Origin: a virus
Lineage: Duplodnaviria; Caudoviricetes
DNA length: 64,000 nt
Strand: one strand, 5' to 3'
Virus record (IMG/VR): IMGVR_UViG_3300036966_000119
Coordinates: 96,001-160,000 of that record
Translations under genes and position numbers: made by a program
Shown: positions 20,401-30,048 of the stretch, piece by piece
How the letters are laid out: the number at the start of each line of letters is the position of its first letter
How positions within the stretch are numbered: position 1 is the stretch's first letter
The notes under the pieces: model-generated
The model's input: the letters and a program-made list of their open reading frames with translations, nothing else
What the model was told of the DNA's origin: nothing
Database searches by the model: none

Positions 20401-20553
20401 CATACCGTCATTGGTTGCATAGTTCTTACCAATCTTAACATCTATAATATTTCCGTCCATATCAGTTAATTCACATAAATAAAGATTTGAGAATTTCTTT
20501 ATTGGATTATTTGAAATGAACGTTTTGATCTTATCAGGGAGAGTATTACTCAT
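17488..20553 (-). CDS. large tail-associated protein, paralog of 20741..23563
   Basis: Colinear motifs NLY..DMDGNIIDVK.GKN..TN.G, ATDAYWD..W and K.IG.T.T; C-terminal half looks beta-propeller-like. Confidence 0.6.
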   Translation of the reverse strand: MSNTLPDKIKTFISNNPIKKFSNLYLCELTDMDGNIIDVKIGKNYATNDGMVDILAEYSNNDNILSRYKMALGNGYAVTDPDTIDPSNNKMPGYISALGIKTSDANMSSSEKGWKNVEYDSTNHIISQAYVPNRFIWDYTDGNNQLYDITEFGLCTSDSTASNLSMRTHARVYDDQGQLSKIQKKPNTRLTITPYLIFTLSSDLIDNAYTNGLYILMTPSCLYKDLSVNDLYITLLRNQEIPALGTWDWIRIKPVLTDRTVADSGRSIKREASTDVDHSMFIDDPYMYCHGFFYGKSFTWSNDHRNLVSSSYSKEFEGYEIFSYNDIPAGSQYDSIRNIESINIATNQPSDAFPDSYNSTRVDINNNNLLDIDWSIGKNSDKYYRRYVSPLPCSQIDITSLTMYNYNTKKWDVPINLVNPTSTKYHENHWTNRFKLPINYNGIDITAWVFVNAFTNYPILAFDNSGITIAATDAYWDTSQWTMIANLSNVPQALRTKRYYIIVSGNVTSDNGNGILHPVYDRTVRKVHRVIPDIEPFELTANGCPMNVDPKNLDVIGNLSVDYSNTFAMSIADDTHEYFMTNFDLVYYDLENKTLKASYPLMFDNETMMHPIYRWKTKNGDRIIGTMCRGSSPYSNPSGNAVQNTSGYWSQTNYFRIWTVGDYNDTPTSSDISLIWDTPIPDSSSNVNMITFVDDGYLCVQKVLNSNVSTEGIVVDIYNETQTHIAGCSHLYGLNKSPYCVYQDVDESSTGHYVFKVLDMSDNCSLYSTFVIDQATYTIRCIFGWKDFVYIQALTTGNVSTVFMYDIKNDVLQQLTEDFKANTEQWYTYTEAWRVKDIIGTDDALVFGRWGYNYKSFFIKAEDPTTSYQFEDNPNDSYKSWHTNLRDVQIKMCKNNKSLMMIAKHDRWVQGINLGEVLDNGPRWHAQYQQRLCPGSYHIYGYASTGMQILYKDGVLIVAQYSSRSEDSNKIYYVPIEAFTTMKAIGVTNTINAKNNPVRFWGTSIEWKVTNDLNRIINGDT

Positions 20554-20571
20554 ACTTATCACCTCTTTATT

Positions 20572-20739
20572 TTATTTAACAATCACGTGATTGTTGCTTT
20601 TACTGTTTCTATTGTACGTATCCAGGCTGTGTATGGCACGAATGTGAACGCATACACCATAAACGGGGACAATGTTGTTGTCCCCGTGTGTATTATGTGT
20701 CTTCTTTAATACTTCTTTAGAACGAAATACATTAGCCAT
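20572..20739 (-). pseudogene. truncated duplicate of the 5' end of 16942..17472
   Basis: First ~31 codons (MANVFRSKEVLKKTHNTHGDNNIVPVYGV) match, then the sequence diverges and stops at 55 aa. Confidence 0.75.
20647..20739. repeat. 93-bp direct repeat, copy B
   Basis: Lies 3267 bp from copy A; contains a perfect ACGGGGACAA-N5-TTGTCCCCGT hairpin. Confidence 0.9.
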
Positions 20740-20740
20740 A

Positions 20741-23563
20741 TCACCAACTCCATCCGATGATAGTACCATTACCATCGGTTTGAGCCAATGGTTTTCCGGG
20801 TGGTATTCCTCTTGAGTTAGCAGTTCCGTCTCCGTATGAAGGTCTGTTGGTATAACGTAATAACCACTGCTTATTTGTAATATTTTTAATAGTAGTCATC
20901 GCAGTAGGTGTATCAGTCTTACCAACAATCTTTATCGGCATCCAGTTTGGTATAGGAGATTTAATCCACAGAGTCTGTGGACTTGTACCTGTAGCCTGTT
21001 CACACCATATGAAATTTTCACCATATGGAATGATTGCATTCAACGATTCCTGGAGGTAATAATGCTTCATGATTGTTGATGTTCTCAAATATTGACCAAA
21101 GTCTATTACTTGTATCTGAGCACCTACATTATTACCAGAAACATGATATCCTCTACAGATTGAAAGAACTATAGCACCACGAGTTGTATCACCTGATGTT
21201 GATTTGTATGTATATCTCAAATCGTAATTAACACGTGTTCCGAGATACTCATTATCAACATCAAAATCATTTAGACCCTGTGGCATTGTTGGATTATCCA
21301 TACGAATATAATGTGCTTTCTTAATATTACCCTTACCATATTCAGAGAATTTATATACGATGAATACATCATCAACAGATGTAAATCTTACATCACTGAG
21401 GCCAGAGTTGTATGGGATGTTATTTGTAAACGCTTCAGGAGTTCTACTTGAACCAGATGCAACGTTAACAACGAATGCATATGTTGAACCGTTTGTACAC
21501 CATACATAGTCTGAAACGCCATCAGAATGACCAAACATGAATGGTATATTTGATATTGTTGATGGGAATGGAATTGGTGAACCATCAACCGCACCAGTTG
21601 TGACATCATAGATGTACACCTTCTTGTCAGATGTACCAGCAGGAACATAAGCTACCTTATTAGTACCCCAAATACAACAAGACATCTTCCAGTCATGTTT
21701 ATGAGATACAAAGTTAGCACCACGTATATCAATGATAACACATTCTTCAACACCCGACTTAACTGATTGCATACAGATAATACCGGTACCGGATTCAGTT
21801 CTATAACATTCACTGTATGAATTAACAGTACCTGTGAATGGAAGTGTTTCTTCTGATGATGTTATAGTTGTTGGATCTTGACGACTTGTATCGGTTGCAA
21901 ATACTTTATTATTCACTGAATTGAACGTAATCAACCATTTTCCATATGTCATTGATTCAGTATTGGACGAGTCTCCTACTGTGTATACATACATAGATTC
22001 AGGGAAGTAAACTTTGTTTCCACGTAAGAACCATTTGTATGCATAGTTATCACAAGTATTTGCGATACCATATACGGTACCAAGACCACCATATGAAACG
22101 AATCCATTATCATCAGGAGTAGAACCGCCTGGTTCTAACAACTGGAATACGTCTGACTGACGTGTGAACTTTAAGTCGTTTGCTTTGACATTTGTTGATG
22201 TTATCCAGAAACGTTTCTGAGATGCTCCCTTAGAGGCAATATCATTGAAGTTATCAATGAATATCCATGTATCGAAATCCCAATAACTGTCGGTTGCATA
22301 TACTGACAATGAACCAACTGAGATTGAGAGTATGGGATCATCAGGACGTATATTCTGATAGAGATACGCAGTAATGATCTCTCTACCATTCCAGTAGTAT
22401 ATCGGAAGACCACATGTACTCTGTGCAGGTGTATCAGAATATAATCTATTATTTGGATTATAGACACTCATCTGAACATTCCATCCATCAGTCTTCCAGT
22501 CATACAGATAACCATTAGCTGTATTGAAATGTGTTATCGGAGGCCACTGATGTTTGTTGTAGTTAGCCGTATTTTCAGGAACCATACCAAACTTCTCAGA
22601 GAATCCAAGATGTTTGTAAGGTGTCTTTGACTGAAGATTGATAACATTCACTGCTTCAGGTGATGATAAGAATGCTGGTTCAAGAATACACATACCTGGT
22701 GTGTAATACAAGAAACCATCAATGTATCCTGAGTCATCTCCAGCACCATCGTACAATACAAATGAATTACAAATAGATGAATTTGTAAATACGTTTTCTT
22801 GTGTATTGTCGATTGTATGATAACCATCAGAATATGCATATGTCTGACGGTTGAATACTTTGTCATCACGTTTGTATGTGTATATGTTTGATTCAAACAT
22901 TCTGTGATACATGATTTGGTTGGTAGTAATCATAGTATATACATCATTAGCCCAACCGTTCTGAATCAGATGTTCATAGAATGATAAACACATATAAACT
23001 GTGATTATGAGTTTTTCATCCTGTTTCTTGACAATACTCGTACGAGTACCATCATCAGAATATATACGTGAATGTGTCCACAGATTATTCCATGCAGTAC
23101 CAATACCGTATTCTTCGATACGAGTATCTCCAGGGAAGTTATCGATATTCAAAGGATATTCGCATACCATGAATCTTGATATCAATGTAATTAAACCGTC
23201 ACCAGGCTCTGTTCCTGCGGCATAATACATTGGATATGCATAGTCCTTTGACGTGTCTGTGTTTGTAGCAGCAAGACCATTGAAGCAAACATTCTCAAGC
23301 TGTGTATCTTCTATTGTAACAGGAGTTGTACCCGAACCAACATAAAGCTTTACAGTACTTGATGCTTCAAATGCATTACCAAACTGATATACTGCTGAGA
23401 AACCAGTATTAGTCATTACATTCATACCATACTTCTCATCAGTAATATTTCCGTCTTTATCTACAGAGGTGAACACATAAATGTTTGATACTCCAGGATG
23501 GATCTTTTGTGAGTTCTTAACGAATTTCATTGCACGCATAAATATTTCGTCACGTTGGCTCAT
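20741..23563 (-). CDS. large tail-associated protein, paralog of 17488..20553
   Basis: ~940 aa; GGAGGAGG RBS favours MSQRDE start; NIY..DKDGNITDEKYGMN..TNTG, VGSG, EYGIG and ATDSYWD motifs. Confidence 0.6.
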   Translation of the reverse strand: MSQRDEIFMRAMKFVKNSQKIHPGVSNIYVFTSVDKDGNITDEKYGMNVMTNTGFSAVYQFGNAFEASSTVKLYVGSGTTPVTIEDTQLENVCFNGLAATNTDTSKDYAYPMYYAAGTEPGDGLITLISRFMVCEYPLNIDNFPGDTRIEEYGIGTAWNNLWTHSRIYSDDGTRTSIVKKQDEKLIITVYMCLSFYEHLIQNGWANDVYTMITTNQIMYHRMFESNIYTYKRDDKVFNRQTYAYSDGYHTIDNTQENVFTNSSICNSFVLYDGAGDDSGYIDGFLYYTPGMCILEPAFLSSPEAVNVINLQSKTPYKHLGFSEKFGMVPENTANYNKHQWPPITHFNTANGYLYDWKTDGWNVQMSVYNPNNRLYSDTPAQSTCGLPIYYWNGREIITAYLYQNIRPDDPILSISVGSLSVYATDSYWDFDTWIFIDNFNDIASKGASQKRFWITSTNVKANDLKFTRQSDVFQLLEPGGSTPDDNGFVSYGGLGTVYGIANTCDNYAYKWFLRGNKVYFPESMYVYTVGDSSNTESMTYGKWLITFNSVNNKVFATDTSRQDPTTITSSEETLPFTGTVNSYSECYRTESGTGIICMQSVKSGVEECVIIDIRGANFVSHKHDWKMSCCIWGTNKVAYVPAGTSDKKVYIYDVTTGAVDGSPIPFPSTISNIPFMFGHSDGVSDYVWCTNGSTYAFVVNVASGSSRTPEAFTNNIPYNSGLSDVRFTSVDDVFIVYKFSEYGKGNIKKAHYIRMDNPTMPQGLNDFDVDNEYLGTRVNYDLRYTYKSTSGDTTRGAIVLSICRGYHVSGNNVGAQIQVIDFGQYLRTSTIMKHYYLQESLNAIIPYGENFIWCEQATGTSPQTLWIKSPIPNWMPIKIVGKTDTPTAMTTIKNITNKQWLLRYTNRPSYGDGTANSRGIPPGKPLAQTDGNGTIIGWSW

Positions 23564-26500
23564 CTTCATCCTCCTCCTCTTTATTTGTAACAAGTCTAAC
23601 CGATATTATCTTATCATATTCCGTTTTATCAACATCGAATTTTGTTATATGCTCTGCATCAGAATATGGGATTAACGGATAGGTTATATCACCGACATGT
23701 ACGACCATATATGAATCACGGAATTCAACAAATCTTTCATCATATGTAAATCTTTCTTCATACTCTGCATTTGTTATAATAACAAACTGATCGTATTTGT
23801 AACCCAGATTATATTTAGCATAATCAGTGAAGTTAGCAACATACAATTTGAAGTTAGCAGCAAAGAAAAATCCTTTAAATGTGAAAGGTCTATAGAGATT
23901 GCTACTGGAGTCCCAATAGTTCATTGTTAGACCCATTGCAGTAACAGTAAATCTATCGGATTTAATGTCATATATGTATAATGTCGGTGAGTTTGTAATT
24001 GTTATGTACAATGCACCATTCTCACAGTCTATTGTACGTGGAATAAGTGATTGATATGGTGTTGGTACAGTTCGCATTGCAAATGGTGTGCCATCGTCAA
24101 CTGTCGCAGCCATTGTATCTTCATTAATAATGTAGATGTAGTTCTGCTGAGTTATATAGAATTTACCATCAGCATAACAGCAACAGTTTCGTGCTTTTAA
24201 TGTCCATTGACCAAATGTATCTTTAAAAGAATACCATGTATCTGTTGACATATCATATACCCAAGCAGTTTGTGAATTACCGTTGTACAGCGTTAATATA
24301 AAACGTTTACCAACGGCAAAATCTGCACATATCTCATTCATTGAAGGTGAACGATGTTGGGTCCATCTTTGACGTATGGTATCATAGAAATAGAATCCAT
24401 GATTATAGTTGATAACAAATGTATGGTCATCAAGCCAAACCATCTTACCATAAGCAGTAAAGTTTTCGTCTGAACCAGGACTCAATGGCTGAATAGTATC
24501 ATCATTTGGCTCCACAGGAACTCTCCAAATTGTTTTACCGAAGCTTTGATTAGATGCTGCGATATATAAATAATCGTCATCAGCAAGTAATCCTCCATAG
24601 TATACACTGGAACCACCCATAGATGATTTTGGTATATCTTTCACTATTGATATCTGGTTTGTGAGTAAGTTTAACTTTGTGAATCTAACGATTCTATTGT
24701 TGCATAATGTAGCACAATAGATCATTCTGTTATGTTCACAACATACACCTGACTCAATAGAAGTAATTGCTTCTTGACCAGCATCGATGTAACCACCGAT
24801 ATATGATCTATTGTTAGATGGAACCTTTGTGGATGAACCGACAGGAAGAAGATCAATATGTTCTATCGTCTTTTCTTTCTTTTCATGTTCATGATAAGAT
24901 ATCTCACCTTGAGTTTGTGCAGTTATCGAATACAACTTTGGTTCGAAGTTTGGTATATCGTTCAACTTTGCTTTTATCGTAAATTCGATACGAGCATTTT
25001 CAGCAACACCCTTACGAACACCTGATACTTCAAAGTCGGTTGTTTCTGTATCGATATCAGCATCGATTATTATTTTCTTTAACAAGTTTGGTGTGTATTC
25101 AACAACATTGATTTCTTGTTCTTTTGGAAGAACTTTGAATATCACATTAGTGAATCCTGTACTTTGTGGGTCATATACATAAACTGTATAATTATTCAAT
25201 AAACCAGCATCGGAATAAAATCTTGATGCACCGTATTGAATGAAATCCTCTTCAGTCGGATCTCCGTCAGATAAGAAAGTCCATGTTTCGGTTGTCTTAT
25301 CAAAATACTTAAGACCCTCGTCATCTTTACACATAAAGCTCATGTAGTTTACGGAGGAAACAAGTATCTCTGCTTTGGCGATACCATAATAATGGTTTAC
25401 ATCGTTTGCAGCCATGTATGTATCTGACAAGTAGTATTCTGATCCTAATGCATAACCAGTGGGTTTATACGATTCTGCAGTGAGAACATATCCAGAACCG
25501 CCACATCCTCCTGCATCATCATCAGCATGAGAGTCAGGAATGCATCCAGAACCACCGAACCAACCAGAACCTCCAGCACCACCGAAACCGTTGTTTTCAG
25601 CAACACCGGAACCACCATATCCAAATCCACCACCAACACGTGTGTTATTAGGTGATTCAGTTTGTGTACCAGGTCCTGGAACGGTACCAACTATTGAATT
25701 GCTCCAAAGACCATTCGTACCACCACCAGCACCGCCGAAACGATTACCGGATTTTTCAGCAGAACCATGTCCTCCAGCACCACCGGCGACAATAAGTCTG
25801 TGATTCAGAGTGTCTTGTACTATACGAATATCGGTAGCACCACCACCGAATGTTGAACGATAGTCATTTGGATCACCTGCAGCACCACCACCATTGAATG
25901 CAAGTGCTGGATTTATTAACAGTGCTTGATCGTAGTCATATGAGTATCTGATACCGGATCCACCAACTCTTACGAATATTGGCGTACCCCCCTCAAGAAT
26001 CAATGATCCCTCAGAATAACCACCACGAGCGACGTTGGATATTGTGTAACGAGTACCACCATCACCACCGGTACATTTAAATGTATATTCACCAACAGGA
26101 AGTTCGATGTTCTCCATCCAACCTACTAATGGGAATATGAGTTTGTCTCCAGCTTCAATTGTAAGTGTTTCTTTACAGATAATGATTCCAGCTTGTTCAG
26201 CAGTACCACCCATCATACAGATGTCTGTAAATAATACATCTGGATCGACTACATAGTCTTGTGGTTTATATGATGAAGATGTTACAACATAACCAGAACC
26301 ACCACCACCAGCGGTAGTGTTTCTTTCTTGGGTTCGTTCAGTGGAATAACCACCAAACCAACCTCCGCCTCCACCACCAGAACCTTCGGCATTATATGAC
26401 ATAATGGTTGTCTTATCAGGTGGAGTCATTCCAACACCGAATGAATATCCGGATGTTTGATCAGCACACATATCGTAGTATTGGTCGGTATCGTAACAAC

Positions 26501-28028
26501 CTACAGCACCACCAAGTGCACCACCACCTACACCGAAGTGAGATGGGAGATAGGTGGTTGAGTATGTGTAGTAACTACCACCACCTCCACCGCCAGCGAC
26601 AATGATACGTGACCACAGATCAATGTCAATAATCTTTGTTTCATTGTATATCGTTTTTGTCTGAACGGGGTCTCCGACGGTGAAATCATTACCAGTACCT
26701 TTTCCATGAATCTCATCATTTACAAGATCATACAATCCGTTTACAACAGTTGATTCATAATACTTCAGACCAACGCTCGTTATATCTGACACGGATATTG
26801 TACTGTCGTTTGCTCTTCTGATTACAAATCTGAAATAATGTGCTTGTGAAGGTATTTCAATTTTACTTTCACTTGATACCCATCCATCGTGATATGATAA
26901 AAATTGCTGATCAGAATCGTAAAAAATATAAAGCACTTCCAGATTAGTCGATGCTGTACCAGATACTGAGATATATTTATGAGCTGGATCGATCTGGATA
27001 TATGTCTGAGATCTAATTCGTATTGATTCAACAGATGAATCATCATTATCTTCACCCAGAGGTTGTGTCGTCGAATTTATTGAACCTTGTGAAAGTTGAA
27101 CATTTGAAACATCTATCTCAGTTCCAGTATTAACAAATGGAACGAAGAATCTCTTCAAGCCTGATGGATCAGATAGCTTCAAATACCTGACTGAAACTTT
27201 ACTGTTTTCTTTTACAGTACCATTGTAGTTTGCTGCAAACAGATAGATGTTGCACCCACTTGAAAAAGTCTTCGGCGATACAGAATAATCATCACCATTA
27301 ACGGTCAATACGTTATTAGCAAAAGACATCGTTGTATCTTCATCTTGACTCATGTGGGCTGGTATACCGGCATTACCATATGCGAAAACACCGGATATGG
27401 GTGTATAACTACTATTGCCCAAAGTTGTAAGATAATAGCTGTCACGCAACCATGAGCTTGAATTTGAATTCGAAGCAAATATTGTACCATAATTACTACT
27501 GCCAATATTACTATGTGGGGTAAATCTCATTTCAAAGGAAATATCATTTGAACCAATAACACCAGTGTCAAGGTACTGTGTTCCATCAGAACGAATATAT
27601 TCAACTTCAGTAAGCCAGTCTGGTACTTGATGCTGTACTGTGATTTCTCTACCACCTTCATTTGTCAAACGTACATCAGAAGCACCACCGCCACCACATC
27701 CATTTTTATATGATGAACTATATGACTTACCACCATCAGCACCACCGTTCCAACCTCCGGCACCAATAACACTTGTTGTGCCGACACCTCCATCACCACC
27801 AACGGCAGCATAGAAAGTTTTATCAGTTTGAAGGTCTAAGATACCATAAGATGTTCCACCGATTGGTGCTGGTGGTTTATTACTATCAGGGAAAGTACCA
27901 CCTTTGGCACCTTTACATATGAAGAGATACTTTCCGGGTGTTAATGAGAATTCTTCAACGTCACCTGTATATGAAAACGTCTTGTGTGGTTTCCATAATC
28001 TGTTTTTATAAACATACACGTCACCCAT
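23550..28028 (-). CDS. glycine-rich (Gly_rich_2/ALK-LTK-like) tail or receptor-binding protein
   Basis: Two FSYTG/GA.GG...GG.S.G...GGGGASDVR/ATDIR...RIIVAGGGGG...GGGW.GG...GGGGSGYV domains; inserted EYI.SDGTQY.DTG lectin-like block; propeller-like C-terminus. Confidence 0.75.
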   Translation of the reverse strand: MGDVYVYKNRLWKPHKTFSYTGDVEEFSLTPGKYLFICKGAKGGTFPDSNKPPAPIGGTSYGILDLQTDKTFYAAVGGDGGVGTTSVIGAGGWNGGADGGKSYSSSYKNGCGGGGASDVRLTNEGGREITVQHQVPDWLTEVEYIRSDGTQYLDTGVIGSNDISFEMRFTPHSNIGSSNYGTIFASNSNSSSWLRDSYYLTTLGNSSYTPISGVFAYGNAGIPAHMSQDEDTTMSFANNVLTVNGDDYSVSPKTFSSGCNIYLFAANYNGTVKENSKVSVRYLKLSDPSGLKRFFVPFVNTGTEIDVSNVQLSQGSINSTTQPLGEDNDDSSVESIRIRSQTYIQIDPAHKYISVSGTASTNLEVLYIFYDSDQQFLSYHDGWVSSESKIEIPSQAHYFRFVIRRANDSTISVSDITSVGLKYYESTVVNGLYDLVNDEIHGKGTGNDFTVGDPVQTKTIYNETKIIDIDLWSRIIVAGGGGGGSYYTYSTTYLPSHFGVGGGALGGAVGCYDTDQYYDMCADQTSGYSFGVGMTPPDKTTIMSYNAEGSGGGGGGWFGGYSTERTQERNTTAGGGGSGYVVTSSSYKPQDYVVDPDVLFTDICMMGGTAEQAGIIICKETLTIEAGDKLIFPLVGWMENIELPVGEYTFKCTGGDGGTRYTISNVARGGYSEGSLILEGGTPIFVRVGGSGIRYSYDYDQALLINPALAFNGGGAAGDPNDYRSTFGGGATDIRIVQDTLNHRLIVAGGAGGHGSAEKSGNRFGGAGGGTNGLWSNSIVGTVPGPGTQTESPNNTRVGGGFGYGGSGVAENNGFGGAGGSGWFGGSGCIPDSHADDDAGGCGGSGYVLTAESYKPTGYALGSEYYLSDTYMAANDVNHYYGIAKAEILVSSVNYMSFMCKDDEGLKYFDKTTETWTFLSDGDPTEEDFIQYGASRFYSDAGLLNNYTVYVYDPQSTGFTNVIFKVLPKEQEINVVEYTPNLLKKIIIDADIDTETTDFEVSGVRKGVAENARIEFTIKAKLNDIPNFEPKLYSITAQTQGEISYHEHEKKEKTIEHIDLLPVGSSTKVPSNNRSYIGGYIDAGQEAITSIESGVCCEHNRMIYCATLCNNRIVRFTKLNLLTNQISIVKDIPKSSMGGSSVYYGGLLADDDYLYIAASNQSFGKTIWRVPVEPNDDTIQPLSPGSDENFTAYGKMVWLDDHTFVINYNHGFYFYDTIRQRWTQHRSPSMNEICADFAVGKRFILTLYNGNSQTAWVYDMSTDTWYSFKDTFGQWTLKARNCCCYADGKFYITQQNYIYIINEDTMAATVDDGTPFAMRTVPTPYQSLIPRTIDCENGALYITITNSPTLYIYDIKSDRFTVTAMGLTMNYWDSSSNLYRPFTFKGFFFAANFKLYVANFTDYAKYNLGYKYDQFVIITNAEYEERFTYDERFVEFRDSYMVVHVGDITYPLIPYSDAEHITKFDVDKTEYDKIISVRLVTNKEEEDEDEPT

Positions 28029-28057
28029 TGTATCACCTCCTTTTACAAAAATAAAAA

Positions 28058-28477
28058 TTACTCTGATTCAATAGGTCTATAAGGTGTATCACTTGGTGAA
28101 TAGATTGCAACAAGAACATCCTCAGGCAGCTGATCGAGTTCTGCTTGTGAAGGAAGGTGATCGAAGGTAACAATCTGAGATTCGAAACCTACTATCTTCA
28201 ACTTACCTGTCGATTTGTCAGTAGCAAGATCAACGGAGGTGTAGTTTTCGATAACACGATAAACTGTTTCTTCATTAGGATCTACGACAAGAACATTTCT
28301 TGTATATTCTTTTCCTTCCTGGTAATCTTCAATAGAAGCATTACCACTTCCACCACCACCTATTTCGAGAAGTTCAAGCTTGTTAGCAAGTCTTTTAATG
28401 ATTGCTGCTTGTTCTTCTATGATTCTATTAAGACGGACGAATACTTCATCCATCGGTTCATTATTCATTGATGGCAT
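28058..28477 (-). CDS. hypothetical tail-module protein (coiled coil plus CBM5/12-like motif)
   Basis: 139 aa with AAAGGAG RBS; DYQEGKEY..N.LV....VYRVIENYTS. Confidence 0.55.
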   Translation of the reverse strand: MPSMNNEPMDEVFVRLNRIIEEQAAIIKRLANKLELLEIGGGGSGNASIEDYQEGKEYTRNVLVVDPNEETVYRVIENYTSVDLATDKSTGKLKIVGFESQIVTFDHLPSQAELDQLPEDVLVAIYSPSDTPYRPIESE

Positions 28478-28499
28478 TTGAATATCTCCTTTCTTTCAT

Positions 28500-28703
28500 T
28501 TATGATTGCTCTTCAAGCCAATGATCAACTCTGGCTTCTATACGTTTGAGATCAGTATTTATTGATCCTTCGTTGTTTATAACTCCATCAAGAATTACTT
28601 CGAACTTAGCAACAACATAAGCCCAAGGTATTAATGCAACAGAGTCATTATCAGGAAGATCAAATACAACTGGTTGTTTTGCATCACGTGCCATAGAATA
28701 CAT
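28500..28703 (-). CDS. hypothetical protein
   Basis: 67-aa ORF with AAAGGAG nearby (MARD start also possible); first gene of the tail operon. Confidence 0.5.
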   Translation of the reverse strand: MYSMARDAKQPVVFDLPDNDSVALIPWAYVVAKFEVILDGVINNEGSINTDLKRIEARVDHWLEEQS

Positions 28704-28770
28704 CTCCTTTCATATATCACGTTTATGAAAGCGTTCGATACTATTTATATACAAAAAAAAAGAATTATAA

Positions 28771-28788
28771 GGGGGCATGTACGCCCCC
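28771..28788 (-). terminator. intrinsic terminator
   Basis: GGGGGC-N6-GCCCCC with a minus-strand T tract (A run 28753-28761). Confidence 0.6.
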
Positions 28789-28906
28789 AAATATTCTTTT
28801 CCTGATATAACGAATACCTACCTTGCTACCGGTAGTTTGCTTCATGTATAGCCGCTTGCCAACGCGGTCTTCTACAATCGGTTATCGTGAATGGGTTTAT
28901 ACGAGT

Positions 28907-29851
28907 TTAGTTTTCAGCTACTACATTCTCGTATCTCTTATAGTTTTTGACAGTCTTTATTTTGCTGCCAATTCGTTCTGTATAGTATGAGCATCTGTGC
29001 ACATTACTCATTATATACTCAGAACGAAGTACGCCGTAATTGTTGATCACAGCTCGTGGGTATATTTTATTGACCTCACCAACGGTCATGTTTGGATCGA
29101 TATGTATCATGCATTCTTTGCATTTTCTGACGCCATAACGATCCACTCTACATTTTGCACATGTCATGCATGGATTAAATTCAACATAGTCATGTGCTTT
29201 TTTTAAAACTATTCCACCATCGAGCATTTCTGTCGATTCCTGGAGCAGAACATATTGTGCTTCAAGCTTCTCCAGGTTAGAAGCGTTTGTGTTATAGTAT
29301 AGCTGTTCTTTAGCAGAGTCCAGCTTCTCTTCTATTGATTTCACTCTTCTGAACTCATAAAGAGTAACAGTTAGAGCTTCCTCAAAGAAGGCTTTCAGAC
29401 CTCTATAGCGGCCCAGTGAAAACCACATATTCCTTGTGGAATTCTTAGTTATAGAAGCCCCGATGGATATCTTCTGCACTTCTAACTGGCATACACACCA
29501 GTCATATACAAAACGCAGAAATTCTTTAGGTCCATAACTATCTACGAAGCAACAGTTACGGAAATCGTCTCCCTCGGCCTGTGTCAGATTGTTGTAGCTT
29601 TTTATGAGAGCCTTCAGAACAATTTTTCCTGAGAGGCCGAGAGACTTAAGTTTATTATATATATCGATGAGCTTGTCTTCACCAACTTCAAAGAAGATTG
29701 GTGTTATAATTTTCGCTTCATCGCCTTGTACCAGCTTGATTGCTGGCGTGTGTCTTGGGCTTTCATCAAAGATGAATCCCACAGCTTTGGCAAATGCCTT
29801 AGCTTTTTCTAATTCTTTCATTCTACTACTGTTTTTAATTGTCATCATCAT
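28907..29851 (-). CDS. hypothetical early protein with Cys-rich C-terminus
   Basis: 314 aa with GAAGGAGG RBS; CMTCAKC...C and HRCSYY; preceded by the early-promoter motif. Confidence 0.7.
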   Translation of the reverse strand: MMMTIKNSSRMKELEKAKAFAKAVGFIFDESPRHTPAIKLVQGDEAKIITPIFFEVGEDKLIDIYNKLKSLGLSGKIVLKALIKSYNNLTQAEGDDFRNCCFVDSYGPKEFLRFVYDWCVCQLEVQKISIGASITKNSTRNMWFSLGRYRGLKAFFEEALTVTLYEFRRVKSIEEKLDSAKEQLYYNTNASNLEKLEAQYVLLQESTEMLDGGIVLKKAHDYVEFNPCMTCAKCRVDRYGVRKCKECMIHIDPNMTVGEVNKIYPRAVINNYGVLRSEYIMSNVHRCSYYTERIGSKIKTVKNYKRYENVVAEN

Positions 29852-29930
29852 CGCGATGACCTCCTTCTCTTTAAATATATATTACTAATATGAGCAAAGT
29901 GAATTGAAACGAGTTTCTTTTCGTTTTACC

Positions 29931-29950
29931 CATATAAATAATATATATAT
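29931..29950 (-). promoter_or_regulatory. putative early promoter
   Basis: Minus strand ATATATATATTATTTATATG. Confidence 0.6.
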
Positions 29951-29980
29951 CTTGAAGGAGAAATAGTAGAACGAAAGAGT

Positions 29981-30009
29981 GGGGTAAGGGTCTCAAACTT
30001 CCTTACCCC
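29981..30009 (-). terminator. intrinsic terminator
   Basis: GGGGTAAGG-N11-CCTTACCCC downstream of the AAA operon. Confidence 0.55.
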
Positions 30010-30048
30010 GGAAGTGATCATAACCATCGTCCATTGTAAATATCTTCA

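Noticed and set aside
17380-20739. Diversity-generating retroelement TR/VR pair
   Set aside because: The mismatches are not confined to adenines of one copy, the repeat is at a gene 5' end, and there is no reverse transcriptase in the window
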